Part shown: positions 10,966 through 23,521 of the stretch, one piece after another
Position numbering within the stretch: position 1 is the first letter of the stretch
Layout of the letters: each line of letters opens with the position of its first letter
Assembly: GCF_006345805.1 (NCBI RefSeq)
Contig: NW_021835270.1
Location: 1 to 42,015 of the forward strand
Direction: 5' to 3'
Source: Octopus sinensis
Lineage: Eukaryota
Length of the DNA: 42,015 nucleotides
Program-made: the position numbers and the translations under genes
Notes under the pieces: model-generated
Databases searched by the model: none
What the model was told of the DNA's origin: nothing
The model's input: the letters and a program-made list of their open reading frames with translations, nothing else

Positions 10966-11220
10966 TTCTTCAGCTCCAGCTGCTTAAACCATTAAGCTTC
11001 AGAATGAAATATCTCGTTGCACCCGTAAATACGGACCTGTCTTACGAACCGTCACAAAGACAGACACACAGAAGAAAAGGAAATGTCCCACCTATTTGAA
11101 GACTATGGGACTGAACTCGAAAACTTACCACGTCTGTAATGGGAACAAAAGGAAGACAACAAAAACAAAAAAATTATAAAAACCATCAAGTTACTCGACA
11201 GTTTGGAAAACAATCTACAG

Positions 11221-11305
11221 CATTGGTTCTTAACCGGGGTCCATATAGCTCTTGTAGGGTCTCTATAAGATTTTGTTGTTAAAATTTATGTGCAAGAAAT
11301 TTCTT
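11221..11305 (+). mobile_element. left end of a hAT/Charlie-like MITE (fragment)
   Basis: CATTGGTTCTTAACCGGGGTCC resembles hAT-type CAGTGGTTCTTAACC termini; no right end found. Confidence 0.4.
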
Positions 11306-11908
11306 ATACTGCTAAAACAATCCGAACAAAGGAGCAACGCTACTCAGCTCACTGAACTAGGTCTTCTAATAGCTGCAGCAAACAGTTCCCGAAAGGAATA
11401 TCTCTGCCAAGTGAAAATTCCTGAAAACAACATACCATTTAATATTAGTGATTTTTTATCACACAGGGGCACAGTATTTTTGCCACTTCATCCATGGAAC
11501 TCCGTTCCGGTTGTCCAGCTCTTTGTCAGCTGAAAGAGTAATTCAATGATTTTGTCGTTCACCATCTTGGAAACGCTAATTTTACAGAAACAGGTAGAAA
11601 ATATCGTAAATACAATTTGGATGAATGTTTACGATTGCATAGCGTTCCTAAATAAAATCAAACAAAATTTTTCCAACAGGAATTGCAAATTCGCCAGCGG
11701 TAGCCGTCCAGCCATCTGACAACGACGCATGAAAATAGACCTAAGACAACTATTCGACCAATTCTCTCCTTTATTTTAAATTGTCTATCTCCTGTTCAAA
11801 ATCCACAAGCTTATTCTCTATACCAACTCCATCAGCAAGGCGAATTGTGGATCCAATGATTATATCAAATATACACTTCATCATAGAACATAAGGTATCA
11901 AAATAATC

Positions 11909-12248
11909 TGAGACCCCGCTTCGGTCATGACTGACCTTGTGATTGCACCTAGAAAGTTATCCTCCCAGGCACAAGTCCGGGCAAGGTTGTTTATGGAAGA
12001 CTAGCAGTCGCCCAAGCATACGGGCCTCCACTTTCCATGCCACCAGTGTTATCTAAGGGAAAAGCAACAGCCGATACAGCTTGGCACCTGTGACGTCGCG
12101 ACTCATTTCTACAGCTGAGTAAACTAGAGTAACATGAAATAAAGTGTCTTGCTTAAGAACACAACACGCAGCCCGGTCCGAGATTCGAACTCACAACCTC
12201 ATGATCATAAGCTCGACACTCTAATACCTGAGCCATGCGCCTTCACTC
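11909..12248 (-). mobile_element. SINE family D, full length, 12-bp TSD
   Basis: Minus-strand head GAAGGCGCATGGCTCAGG..GAGTTCGAATCTC; TSD ATCAAAATAATC at 11897-11908 and 12249-12260. Confidence 0.9.
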
Positions 12249-12740
12249 ATCAAAATAATCAACGATCCTAATATTTTTCAACCCAACTACCACTTTTTCA
12301 AACTCAAAATATCATCTAACACATGTTAAATATTGTGAACTGTATACTACAATGCTTATTATTAAGCTCTACATCCTATCTCCCAAACTGCGTTTACTGA
12401 AAGAATTTAAAAAATGAACGGAATCACGAAGTATTGCAAACACAGTAATGTTATAGTCATGCTATTTTCAAATTGAAATGAATTCAATATTTCTGATTCT
12501 GTGAGTGACCTACAATTGAACCAGGGAATATCATTCTTTGAAATGTGGATATGGCAAAAATATGATAATAAAAATTTTAAAAATAGATCTATGCCAATGA
12601 TATCTAGAGAACAGTATGAATTGTAAGCAAACTTAGATTTTGATCGTTCGTAAACAACGATATTTTTGACTCGGGGCACAAAATAAATCAGCGATGTCTA
12701 TTCTCATGGAAACATCAGATTTATGTATAGATATACATAA

Positions 12741-12974
12741 GGCGGCGAGCTGGCAGAAACGCTAGCACGCCAGGCGAAATACGTAGCCGTATTTCGTCTG
12801 CCGTTACGTTCTGAGTTCAAATTCCGCCGAGGTCGACTTTGCCTTTCATCCTTTCAGGGTCGATAAATTAAGTACCAGTTACGCACTGGGGTCGATGTAA
12901 TCGACTTAATCCGTTTTTTCTGTCCTTGTTTGTCCTCTCTGTATTTAGCCCCTAGTGGGTAGTAATGAAATATA
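12741..12974 (+). mobile_element. SINE family B (subtype 2 tail), full length, 18-bp TSD
   Basis: GGCGGCGAGCTGGCAGAAACG..GAGTTCAAATTCC head; TATGTATAGATATACATA at 12722-12739 and 12975-12992. Confidence 0.92.
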
Positions 12975-13744
12975 TATGTATAGATATACATACAACAATA
13001 TACACATACTTATATACATACAAACAAATAAATATACTGTGGCTTTTGATTTGTTTTAACCCTTGTTTCTAGCAATAGCTGCTACTGGTCAGTACACTCT
13101 GTCACTTTTGTAACCTCTATCAATTTTGCCTTTAGGTCCAGATTGCTAATAAGCCACCCATTTAATACATATATATATACATATACACATATTCTTTGAC
13201 CTTTCTTCTTTCACAGAAATTCCCCAGTGTCTCTCTTTTGCTGAATATAGCACAAGATATTCTCCAGAGTGAGATTACCTGAAAGTCATACCTTTGCAGA
13301 CATGTCTGTCATACTCTTCATCATCTACTCAGTCTCCCATTTGCCTTACACTCTCAGATCTCCTCTTCACAAATATTAAACAGATTACATTCACATCCAA
13401 ACCAACGCCTCACACGTCCACTACACTTCGCGGCTGAACTTACGTATTTGATCTCTTCTTTGTTTATACACACCCAATAAAACACACGCACATTAATCTG
13501 CACTGTATACAATGTAGAGGATAGGGATACACTCCTATATTTGCCTTTCTCGTTTCTTCTCAGTCCTCCTCTGCTTTTCTCATTCAACACTTTTATGATG
13601 GCAATTTATTAAAACATTAAGGTGGTGTTGCATTAATATAATCTTTTCACTCGTGTGTTGACTCTTCATCGTATTTTCACTACATATAAGTATGTATATG
13701 TTTATATACATGTTATATACATGCATATATGTATATATGTGTGC

Positions 13745-13795
<51 letters not shown>

Positions 13796-13862
13796 TGTGT
13801 GTATGTGTGTGTGTATTTTTCCCTTGTTAACAATTAACACGGAAAAAATAGATAAATAGACA

Positions 13863-13922
13863 CCCCGGTATATTGTGCTTCAGACGGTAGCTTTTTAGGT
13901 GCAATCCCATGGTCATTCGTGA
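13863..13922 (+). mobile_element. SINE family D 3' fragment
   Basis: CTTTTTAGGTGCAATCCCATGGTCA matches the reverse complement of the D tail at about 11920-11960. Confidence 0.55.
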
Positions 13923-14671
13923 ATAAAACCAGTAATATCTTCGAAACATGTGTCGGAAGTAAAAGAATTTGAATAACACCCGCGTTTAACTCCATTTATA
14001 CACACACGCACATATAGAATTATATACATACATGTTAGGGCCTGAATATTTGTGTGCGGTCACATTTAATGCTACTGATAGAATGTCACACAGTATAAAC
14101 TGTCGCATGGTCAGGCCGTCTTTGACTAAAGAGGTAACTTAACAAAATCTCTGAAAGCGCTGAGTAATTCTGTAGAGTAAAAGGCTCTCTGACAGCTGGA
14201 ATGAAATATCTCTCAGTATTGTCTAGACATTTCTAGAGCAGAAGGAAACTAATACCACATCTGCAGATGTTTTCGAATAGGTTGATAATAACTTCTTCAA
14301 TAAGTTTACTTGGCTAGTGCCTTTTAAGTACTATAACTCTCTAAGTAATAGCGTTCTTTTTCATTTTTCCTTTTTTTATATGTAAAATTTTTATTTCTAT
14401 GCTACCTAGCAATATATATGAAGTGGTTGAATTTTGAGATTTCATGTTTCTAATGGCAATAATAATCAGTTCTTCACATAATGGTTATATGGCGCTATTA
14501 TTTCTCTACTGCTCCCTGAATATCATTTCAAAGCGGCGTTTAGAGTTCCAATGCCAGTAACACCGATAAATAGAATGATTCTGCTTACGTGTCGAAACCA
14601 CAAAGCTATCCATGAAGCAGCTGTTGATGGGAGAACAAGTTTGACATTGTGTTTATTTGTAAATCTTTTAT

Positions 14672-14763
14672 ATCATATCTATCTATCTATCTATATATCT
14701 ATCTATCTATCTATCTATCTATATATATATATATATATATATCAGCCTATCTATCTATTTATT

Positions 14764-14845
<82 letters not shown>

Positions 14846-14870
14846 CGGGCAGACAGACAGATAGACAGTC
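14672..14870. repeat. (TATC)n followed by (GATA)n/(GACA)n; mutually inverted tetranucleotide arrays
   Basis: Direct reading. Confidence 0.92.
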
Positions 14871-15045
14871 TGACAGATAGATACAAAGATAGAGAGATAG
14901 ATAGATTGATAAATATATAGAAATACCGAGAATGGTGGAGAATTCAGGTCACAAGGTTCGACAGACTAACAGTACAGACTTGTAGTACAGAAAGAATTCC
15001 AAGATTAAATAGTGTGAGGCACAAGTCAGAGCAAGATTGCTTATG

Positions 15046-15201
15046 GATACCAGCCTCCACTCTCCATGCCACCGATGTTATCCAAGGGAAAGGCAAAGAC
15101 CGATACAGCTTGGCACCAGTGACGTCGCAACTCATTTCTACAGCAGAGTAAACTGTAGCAACGTGAAATAAAGTGTCTTACTCAAGAACATAACATGTGC
15201 C
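15046..15201 (-). mobile_element. SINE family D internal fragment
   Basis: CCGATACAGCTTGGCACC..GACGTCGC.ACTCATTTCTACAGC matches 12025-12170. Confidence 0.85.
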
Positions 15202-15210
15202 TTCAATATG

Positions 15211-15264
<54 letters not shown>

Positions 15265-15935
15265 GACATATATCAGAGTGTCTGAGACAGACAGAGAAAG
15301 TGTGTGTGTGCGCGTGTGCTCGCGTGAACATACACAGTTAGTTATGTATGCTTGTTCGCGCATGTATGAATATGGATATATATACAATTCTATTTGTATT
15401 TATGCATACATTGTTGAATCCACTTGCCAGCATTACACACACAAAAAGAAGACATAATGATTCCAGCATTATACACAGACAACACTTACATACACACAAA
15501 CATCTATATATATAGTTCATATATATACACATATATATACACACACACATATATATAGTTATATTGTGGAGTAATTTGCCAAAGGGTATGACATGAATAT
15601 GTCACCAAAAATTATGAAATATAGATATTTTTTATGGAAGATATGTGTTGTTCCATTCAATTTCAAAAACATTACACATACACATGAGCATATAGACATC
15701 AAACACGTTGATTAGAATTGTTCATTTGACTTCATATCTCATTAGTAAAAGGTGATATCGAGCTTATTAAAAGCATATCAAAAACAATATATTTGTGGAG
15801 GTGCATTCGTGTGTGTATCTGTCTGTGCGTATGTATGTGATGTTTTGCGTGCTCACATTTGGCTCTATGGCTTTGAGTTCAATCACAAAATGTATGTGAA
15901 CTTTGTGAACGTATAATAAAAAAGGACACATATAT

Positions 15936-15971
<36 letters not shown>

Positions 15972-16038
15972 GGCTCGCACACATGTAACGGGTACAGGCA
16001 CGCATGTTTGCACATACAGATGCACACACACACAAGCT

Positions 16039-16070
<32 letters not shown>

Positions 16071-16574
16071 CGTATACGCACAAAAATACACATATATATA
16101 TATATATACGTGTGTGCGGATGTAGATACGTATACATATATACATATGTATGTGTACATATATACATATATTGACACATTTACATTATCATGTCTCTCTA
16201 TTTATATATAAGTTCATGTGTGTGTATATGTGAGTATATTTGTGTTTGTGTGTGCGTGTGCTTCTCCCTGTGTGTGCGTGTGTGTGTATGTGCTTACTTG
16301 CTAAAGTATGCACTAGAGAGTCTATATGCGTGTGCATATGTGTATAATAAGTACATGTGTGCGCATATCTAAATACAATCATAGCATTATGTATATGATG
16401 AGTGTTCATGTCTATTTATACAAAACCGCAGGGTGTTCCTTTTCTGTGACATATAACCTATATTAATACTTACATCTCGAAATACCAGGCTTTTGTTTTC
16501 GTATCTAAATGTCTCCAGAACAATCTTTTGTATTTCTGTGCATGATATCACACAAAATTCCCACGCAAGCATAC

Positions 16575-16620
<46 letters not shown>

Positions 16621-16629
<9 letters not shown>

Positions 16630-17244
16630 CAAACATGTATATATAAATACATTTGTATATACATATATATACGTACACACATACACATATTTATATATAC
16701 ATACATACATATTTTAGTTTATTTTCCTTTTGTTTTATCTTCCACTCGCTTAAACAAATTATTCAATCCTTCATTTTTGTGTCCCCATTTTCTATACTGC
16801 TCTTACACTAGTTCTAGATTCTATACAAATATATACATGAACACCACACACACACACACACACACGCATACACACATATTTGTTCTGATGAAACTATTAG
16901 GGATTTGTTTAAATTTGTAAAGCAAATCTTTCTTGTTAATCAGCAGTATATTTGTACCCATGCACGCACATTCACAAACATATCTACCAACGTATATATA
17001 TATATATTATATATATATATATATGTATATACAAACATGTATATATAAATACATTTGTATATACATATATATACGTACACACATACACATATTTATATAT
17101 ACATACATACATATTTTAGTTTATTTTCCTTTTGTTTTATCTTCCACTCGCTAAACAAATTATTCAATCCTTCATTTTTGTGTCCCCATTTTCTATACTG
17201 CTCTTACACTAGTTCTAGATTCTATACAAATATATACATGAACA

Positions 17245-17285
<41 letters not shown>

Positions 17286-17408
17286 TACACACATATTTGT
17301 TCTGATGAAACTATTAGGGATTTGTTTAAATTTGTAAAGCAAATCTTTCTTGTTAATCAGCAGTATATTTGTACCCATGCACGCACATTCACAAACATAT
17401 CTACCTAC

Positions 17409-17410
<2 letters not shown>
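16621..17410 (+). repeat. near-identical tandem duplication, period about 402 bp (16621-16993; 17023-17410), bounded by (TA)n
   Basis: Copies differ by a 1-bp indel, one substitution and (CA)n length. Confidence 0.95.
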
Positions 17411-17464
<54 letters not shown>

Positions 17465-17904
17465 AATATACATAGATATAAACACAAAGATGCAAGCGTT
17501 CACCACACCCAGCTAAATACAACGTACACGTACTCACACAGACATAGACACACGCACACATACACATACACACATGAAGAGAGGTAGGAGACAGTGTGAG
17601 AAAGAAAAAGAAAGATTTTAACAGCAAGCAAGAAGAAGAAAGAAAATACTCAATACTGAAAATAGGGTTACATATTATATTCAATTCGTTATTTAAAGTC
17701 TCTCGTACAGCTCTCTATGGTTGCGAAAAATCGAACTCATAATTGAATATAAAGTATAAAATGAGTATCGTATTGAGTATCGTATTGAAGGTTGATTTAA
17801 TGACACGGCATAAATGAATCTCCGTTTGAAAAATAGAAGTTTATAGACTACAAAACAGTTACATTCCAGTTCTGAACTCAATGCCCAGCTTGTATTGGTT
17901 TCAT

Positions 17905-18110
17905 AATTGGGCACAAGCCCAGAAATTTCATATTAGGGTAAGTTGAATACATCGACCTCATTTTTCCCCACTGGTACTTATTTTATGAATCACGAAAGAA
18001 TGTAAAGCAGAGTCGACTTCGGTGGAATTCGAACTAGGAACGTAACAGTGCACGAAACGTCGCCAAGCCTTTGGATCGGTGTGGTAACGATTCTGCTAGC
18101 CCACTGCCTT
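17905..18110 (-). mobile_element. old diverged SINE family B, alternative tail
   Basis: CTGGTACTTATTTT..AGTCGACTTCGGTGGAATTCGAACT core. Confidence 0.65.
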
Positions 18111-19090
18111 GTTAATGTTCAATATATAATACCATTAAATATTTCAGTGCAATTTGCATCATCCTCGTTAAAGCTGATGAATTTTTAGATAGAAAAATGG
18201 TTTATCGATGTTTACAATGAAAACAAAATAAAAATACGCCAATTCCACACTATCAAATTCTAAGGATGCATAACAATTTTATTTCCTCTTAACCATTAAA
18301 TTTTCCCAAATTAGGTCATACTAATTACAAATATCAAGGAAAGAACAAGACAAAACAAAAAAAAACTGTCTTTTTTGTTAAACCTGGACTAAAAAATTTT
18401 ACAGATACGAATTGCTTGGTCATTTGAGGGAGTGTTTGGAGGAAATTGAATTTATATTCAGGATTTTTCTAGATTTGCTACATTCGAAAAGGCTTCTTCA
18501 GAAATATATTAAAATTTCACCTAATATGGATATTTGAAGGATAAAATTCTTGAAAAAAAAAAAAAGGAATTTGTTAAACGTATTTTTTTTCATTAGGTAA
18601 AGGATTTCCGGTAATATTAGACACAATGTAGTTCCTATTTTGGATATTCGCTGCTAAACTCTGTAACTAAGAAAAGCTAACATAAATATTCAAGCAATTA
18701 CATTTAAATCGTAATTTCGGTACGTATATTTTCATTAACTTCACAATGAGCACATTACATTTAGTGCTTCTAAAGACTATGATACTATTCATAATGTTAG
18801 TTGATTTATGGGTAAAATATATAGCACTACTCGCTCAACTATCATTCGTTCGTACACACTTTAGTAAATCTACTGCTAATACCGTAATAAAGAAAAAATA
18901 TTTTCATATACCCGCAAAATAGACAACAAATAAAATATTTAACAGATAGTCAATTAAGGTAAGTTATGTGCGTTTTCAAAATTTTAGAAACCCCTTAAAA
19001 CCATTTTAATGTTAATCCCAGAAAAGTTTAACACAGGAACTACATTGTTATTTTTCTTTCTTGTCCGAAATAATTAACCCCTTCATAGTA

Positions 19091-19333
19091 TACTCTTTTA
19101 CACTTTTACTTGTTTCAGTCATTTGACTGCGGCCATGCTGGAGCACCGCCTTTAATCGAGCAACTCGACCCCGGGACTTATTCTTTGTAAGCCCAGAACT
19201 TATTCTATCGGTCTTTTTTGCCGAACCGCTAAGTTACGGGGACATAAACACACCATCATCGGTTGTCAAGCAATGCTAGGGGGACAAACACAGACACACA
19301 AACATACACGCACACACATGTATATATATACAT
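19091..19333 (-). mobile_element. SINE family A, 3' half (split copy)
   Basis: Reverse complement of the 3' half of 36888-37290. Confidence 0.9.
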
Positions 19334-20304
19334 GAATGAATGTTTTTATATATAATGAACGTGAAATACAGGAAGGGACGAACACGGAACACAGACAAAT
19401 CATTCGAAGCCTTCAATCTTCAGTCAGACACCGAATCATCATAGCAAATTTCGGCTGTTCAATTCTGAGATTTGCTCCAACTCGGCCAGCCCCAAGAAAA
19501 AAAACTAAGCTGTAAGCATTAGATTTCTTGGTAGAAGACAGGAATGTGAACGCACAAGACGGATGTAAATACAAGAGACGAAAACGAAATTGAAAACAGT
19601 AATGAATAAACAAAATATATATAACGGTGGTTGTCATACGACTTTAGACCAAATGAGACAGAAACAACAACAACATAGCAGCTGGCGTAGAAATAATTAC
19701 CGTTTCGGTAGCGGGGACACATGTTGGTCGAGATACGATGGCCAACAGAATGGTTAAGAAAGCAGGTTGCAGGAGAGAGAGAGAAAGAGAGACAGAGAGA
19801 GAGGGAATCAAAGAGGGTGGAAGGCAGGGGACAGAATCAGTGACCAAGAGAAAAGGAGAAAGAAGGGATCAAGGAGGATGGGAGGAAGAGGGGAGGAGGA
19901 TGGGAGGAAGAGGGGGGAAGAATCGGAGGGCGCCAAAATAGTTTGGTGAAGAAGCAATGGCGGGTAGTAAAGACAGTTTGTATAGAAGTCGTGCAGGGTT
20001 TAAAATTGGACAAACAAACGGGGGGGGGGTGCACGTAACGCCGCAATAATATAAGAATGAATGTTTTTATATATAATGAACGTGAAATACAGGAAGGGAC
20101 GAACACGGAACACAGACAAATCATTCGAAGCCTTCAATCTTCAGTCAGACACCGAATCATCATAGCAAATTTCGGCTGTTCAATTCTGAGATTTGCTCCA
20201 ACTCGGCCAGCCCCAAGAAAAAAAACTAAGCTGTAAGCATTAGATTTCTTGGTAGACAGTTTGTATAGAAGTCGTGCAGGGTTTAAAATTGGACAAACAA
20301 ACGG
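19334..20304 (-). mobile_element. non-coding insert within SINE A: 721-bp unit plus an internally deleted tandem copy
   Basis: 19334-19534 = 20055-20255 (201 bp, no difference seen); about 19973-20021 = 20256-20304. Confidence 0.8.
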
Positions 20305-20305
20305 G

Positions 20306-20468
20306 ACGACGGGCTTCTTTCAGTTTCCGTCTACCAAATCTACTCACAAGACTTTGGTCGGCCGAGGATATAGTAGAAGATACTTGCCAAAGGTTCCACG
20401 CAGTGAGACTGAACCCGGAACCATGTGGTTGGTAAGCAAGCTACTTACCACACAGCCACTCCTGCGCC
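20306..20468 (-). mobile_element. SINE family A, 5' half (split copy)
   Basis: Reverse complement of the SINE A head GGCGCAGGAGTGGCTGTGTGGTAAG..GAAGCCCGTCGT. Confidence 0.9.
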
Positions 20469-20527
20469 TATATTTTTATTTTATTTTTTTTTCTTCATTT
20501 GCAGCATTAATTATTATTACCACTGTC

Positions 20528-20715
20528 AAGGCGATGAGCTAATAGAGTCGTTAGCAAGGTGGACAAAATGGTCGTCGGCTTCTCTTCCGGCTTTACGTTC
20601 TGAGTATTTTGCTTTCATCCTTTAAGGGTCGAGGAAAATAAGTACTAGTGCAGGGGTTGATGTAATTGATTGCCCGCTACCCTAAGATTTCAGGCCTTAT
20701 ACCTATAAAAGAAAA
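20528..20715 (+). mobile_element. diverged SINE family B with an internal deletion and the alternative tail
   Basis: AAGGCGATGAGCT..TTACGTTCTGAGT..TTTGCTTTCATCCTTT..GGTCGA..ATTTCAGGCCTT. Confidence 0.6.
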
Positions 20716-20949
20716 TCACAACCATCACCATATCAATTTCTCACATAACTAATACAGATAATATAGTGAACAGAAATGGAATTGGTGATTGCATCAAAAC
20801 ATAAACTTTCGTATCGTAAACAATTTAAGAATGACTTCAAAGAAAACCTTTATGAAAATTTGCTACTAGATACTAAAAACTTACTTAGTTGAAATATAAA
20901 ATACAATCTTTCTTCAGACTCATTGCACTCCATCGTGAACGGGATCTGT

Positions 20950-21067
20950 TTCATCGTTCATATCAGCATAGTCGTTGTCCTCCTCCTCTACCACTTTTAT
21001 TATGAACCCCATAGACATCATCAAACACCTCATCATCACCACCATCATCATCATCATCATCATCATC

Positions 21068-21098
<31 letters not shown>

Positions 21099-21141
21099 CC
21101 ATCATCATCATCTTCATCATCATCATCATCTTCATCATCAT

Positions 21142-21191
<50 letters not shown>

Positions 21192-21364
21192 CCATTATCA
21201 TCATCACCATTACCTTTATCAGCATTTTCATCATCGTCATCACCGTCGTCGTTGTCGCCGCTGTCGCCATCACCGTCACCATCATCAGCAGCATCAGCAG
21301 CAGCACCAGCATCATCATCATCACCATCACCATCACCATCATTGTCATCATGTCTATCATCATC

Positions 21365-21425
<61 letters not shown>

Positions 21426-21824
21426 CCATCACCATCACCATCATCATCATCATCAACAACAACATCACCAACAATAACCACGAAAGCACAACCGAATGAC
21501 ATTCCTTAGAGTGATGCTTAACGTTCCTGCAATCTTTATCAACGTGTCCTTATCCTCGTTCTTCGTACCTTCGTTGTTGACAACAGGATAGATTTAATAT
21601 TCATCCACTTCAGAGCCATCTCAAGATTATTAACATTGGGATTATTCAATTTTTCCTTTAACAACAGCACAACCAGCAACAACGCTGATGCCACCATCGA
21701 CGCTGATGACCAGAACACAGTTACTAGCATGTGGTTCCAGTTCCGCTTCGTTATCGTCATCATCATCATCATCATTATCATCATCATCGCCGTTGTCGTC
21801 GTCGTCATCAACATCATCATCATT

Positions 21825-21856
<32 letters not shown>

Positions 21857-22296
21857 TATCATCATCATCATCATCATCATTATCATCACCCTCATCATCA
21901 TCACGCTCATCATCACGCTCATCATCATCATCAGCAGCAGCATCATCGTCTACTTAGTGGTTATTATTAACATCACCATCATCATTGACATCATCATCAT
22001 TGGCATCATCATCATTGACGTCGTCGTCGTCACCGTCGTTGTCATCGTCATCATTATCGATGTCATCAAAACCCCAACCACCACCACTACCACCACCGGC
22101 CCACTACCGAGGAAACCACCACCGCTGCCGCCGCCACCACCACCGCTGCCGCCGCCACCACCTCCGCTGCCGCCGCCACCACCACCGCCGCAATCATCAA
22201 CAGCAACTTCATTAACTTCCTCGCTATTGTGATCGTCTTCATCGTTGCCATCATCACCATTATCATCGTCATCATCATAAGCATCATCAACATCAA

Positions 22297-22342
<46 letters not shown>

Positions 22343-22690
22343 GTCATCGTCGTCGTCGTCGTCATCCTCATCATTACCATCCTCTCCTACTACTCCTCCT
22401 CCTCCTCCTCCTCCTCATCATCATCATTTCCATTGCCATCCTACTCCGCGTGCTCCTCATTATCTTCATCGTCATCATCATCATCATCGTCATCATCATC
22501 ATCATTACCATCTCCTCTTTCTCCTCCCCTTCCTCTTCCTCATCATTATCATTACCATCCTAGTCCTCGTCCTCCTCATTATCTTCATCGTCATCAGCAG
22601 CATCATCATCGTGATCATCATCATCATCATCATCACCATCATCACCATCACCATCATCGTTATGAACGTCATCATCATAATCGTCAGCAT
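20950..22690. repeat. about 1.7-kb compound trinucleotide field (CAT/CAC/CAG/CGT/CCG/CCT)
   Basis: Direct reading; source of many poly-H/I/S/D ORFs. Confidence 0.92.
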
Positions 22691-23144
22691 GAAGAACCTC
22701 AGCAACAACAGCAACGGGAAAGTAGTATCATACACATATTTCATGTCACATGTTACCCGCCCCCCACACACACAAACACACACGCACACAAACACACACG
22801 CACACAATCACACACACACCACATCTCTTTCCTTCTGTCCATGTTTTATTAGTTTTGTATATCATGTTATTTTGTTTTTATTCAATTCTTGTTCATCTAC
22901 TTCAACCTATCTAATAGACTTCAAGTACCATTAATACTTTGTTAATATAAATTAAGATAATTATAATCCCAAACATTAGCAATATCGACACCAGCTCTAT
23001 CATATATATACAATAAACATAACGATTAACTTAGCTTTTTGATCTAATATATTACAACATTAATCTGCTTGACAATAGAATTTCAAGACACACAATTCAC
23101 TCGCTTGTTTGTTGTTGAACTTCATCTTAGAGCCATTACAAAGC

Positions 23145-23161
23145 ATAAACATATATACATC

Positions 23162-23222
<61 letters not shown>

Positions 23223-23461
23223 TATATACATACATATACATACATATATATACATACATCTATATATATATATATATTATATATATATAATATATATAAT
23301 ATATATATATATTATATACATATATATACATATATGAAATGTATAAATATGTATATATACATATATATTGATAGGTATTTATGTATATATATGTATGTGT
23401 AAATATCTACATATATATATGTGTGTATTTATAGATATACATATATATATATATATGTATG

Positions 23462-23521
<60 letters not shown>

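Noticed and set aside
11101-11135. Minus-strand GTAAGT splice donor
   Set aside because: Better explained as a degenerate SINE-A head fragment (GTGGTAAG..GTTCAGTCCCA).
13230-13590. Faint resemblance of minus-strand frames to a LINE RT (LFNI, VDD)
   Set aside because: Motif spacing is wrong and the matches are too short.
17762-17785. 12-bp tandem GAGTATCGTATT x2 (similar short duplications at 8474, 10687/10715 and 26526)
   Set aside because: Ordinary slippage micro-duplications.
19394-19425. Minus-strand CTGAAGA..TTCGAATG as a hammerhead in the tandem insert
   Set aside because: GAAA is absent and stem II has a 1-nt loop; a similar string at 18480-18500 suggests chance.
20920-22934. Poly-His/Asp/Met/Ser ORFs and a formin-FH1-like proline run
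   Set aside because: All overlap the compound trinucleotide field in several frames at once; no FH2 or other domain nearby.
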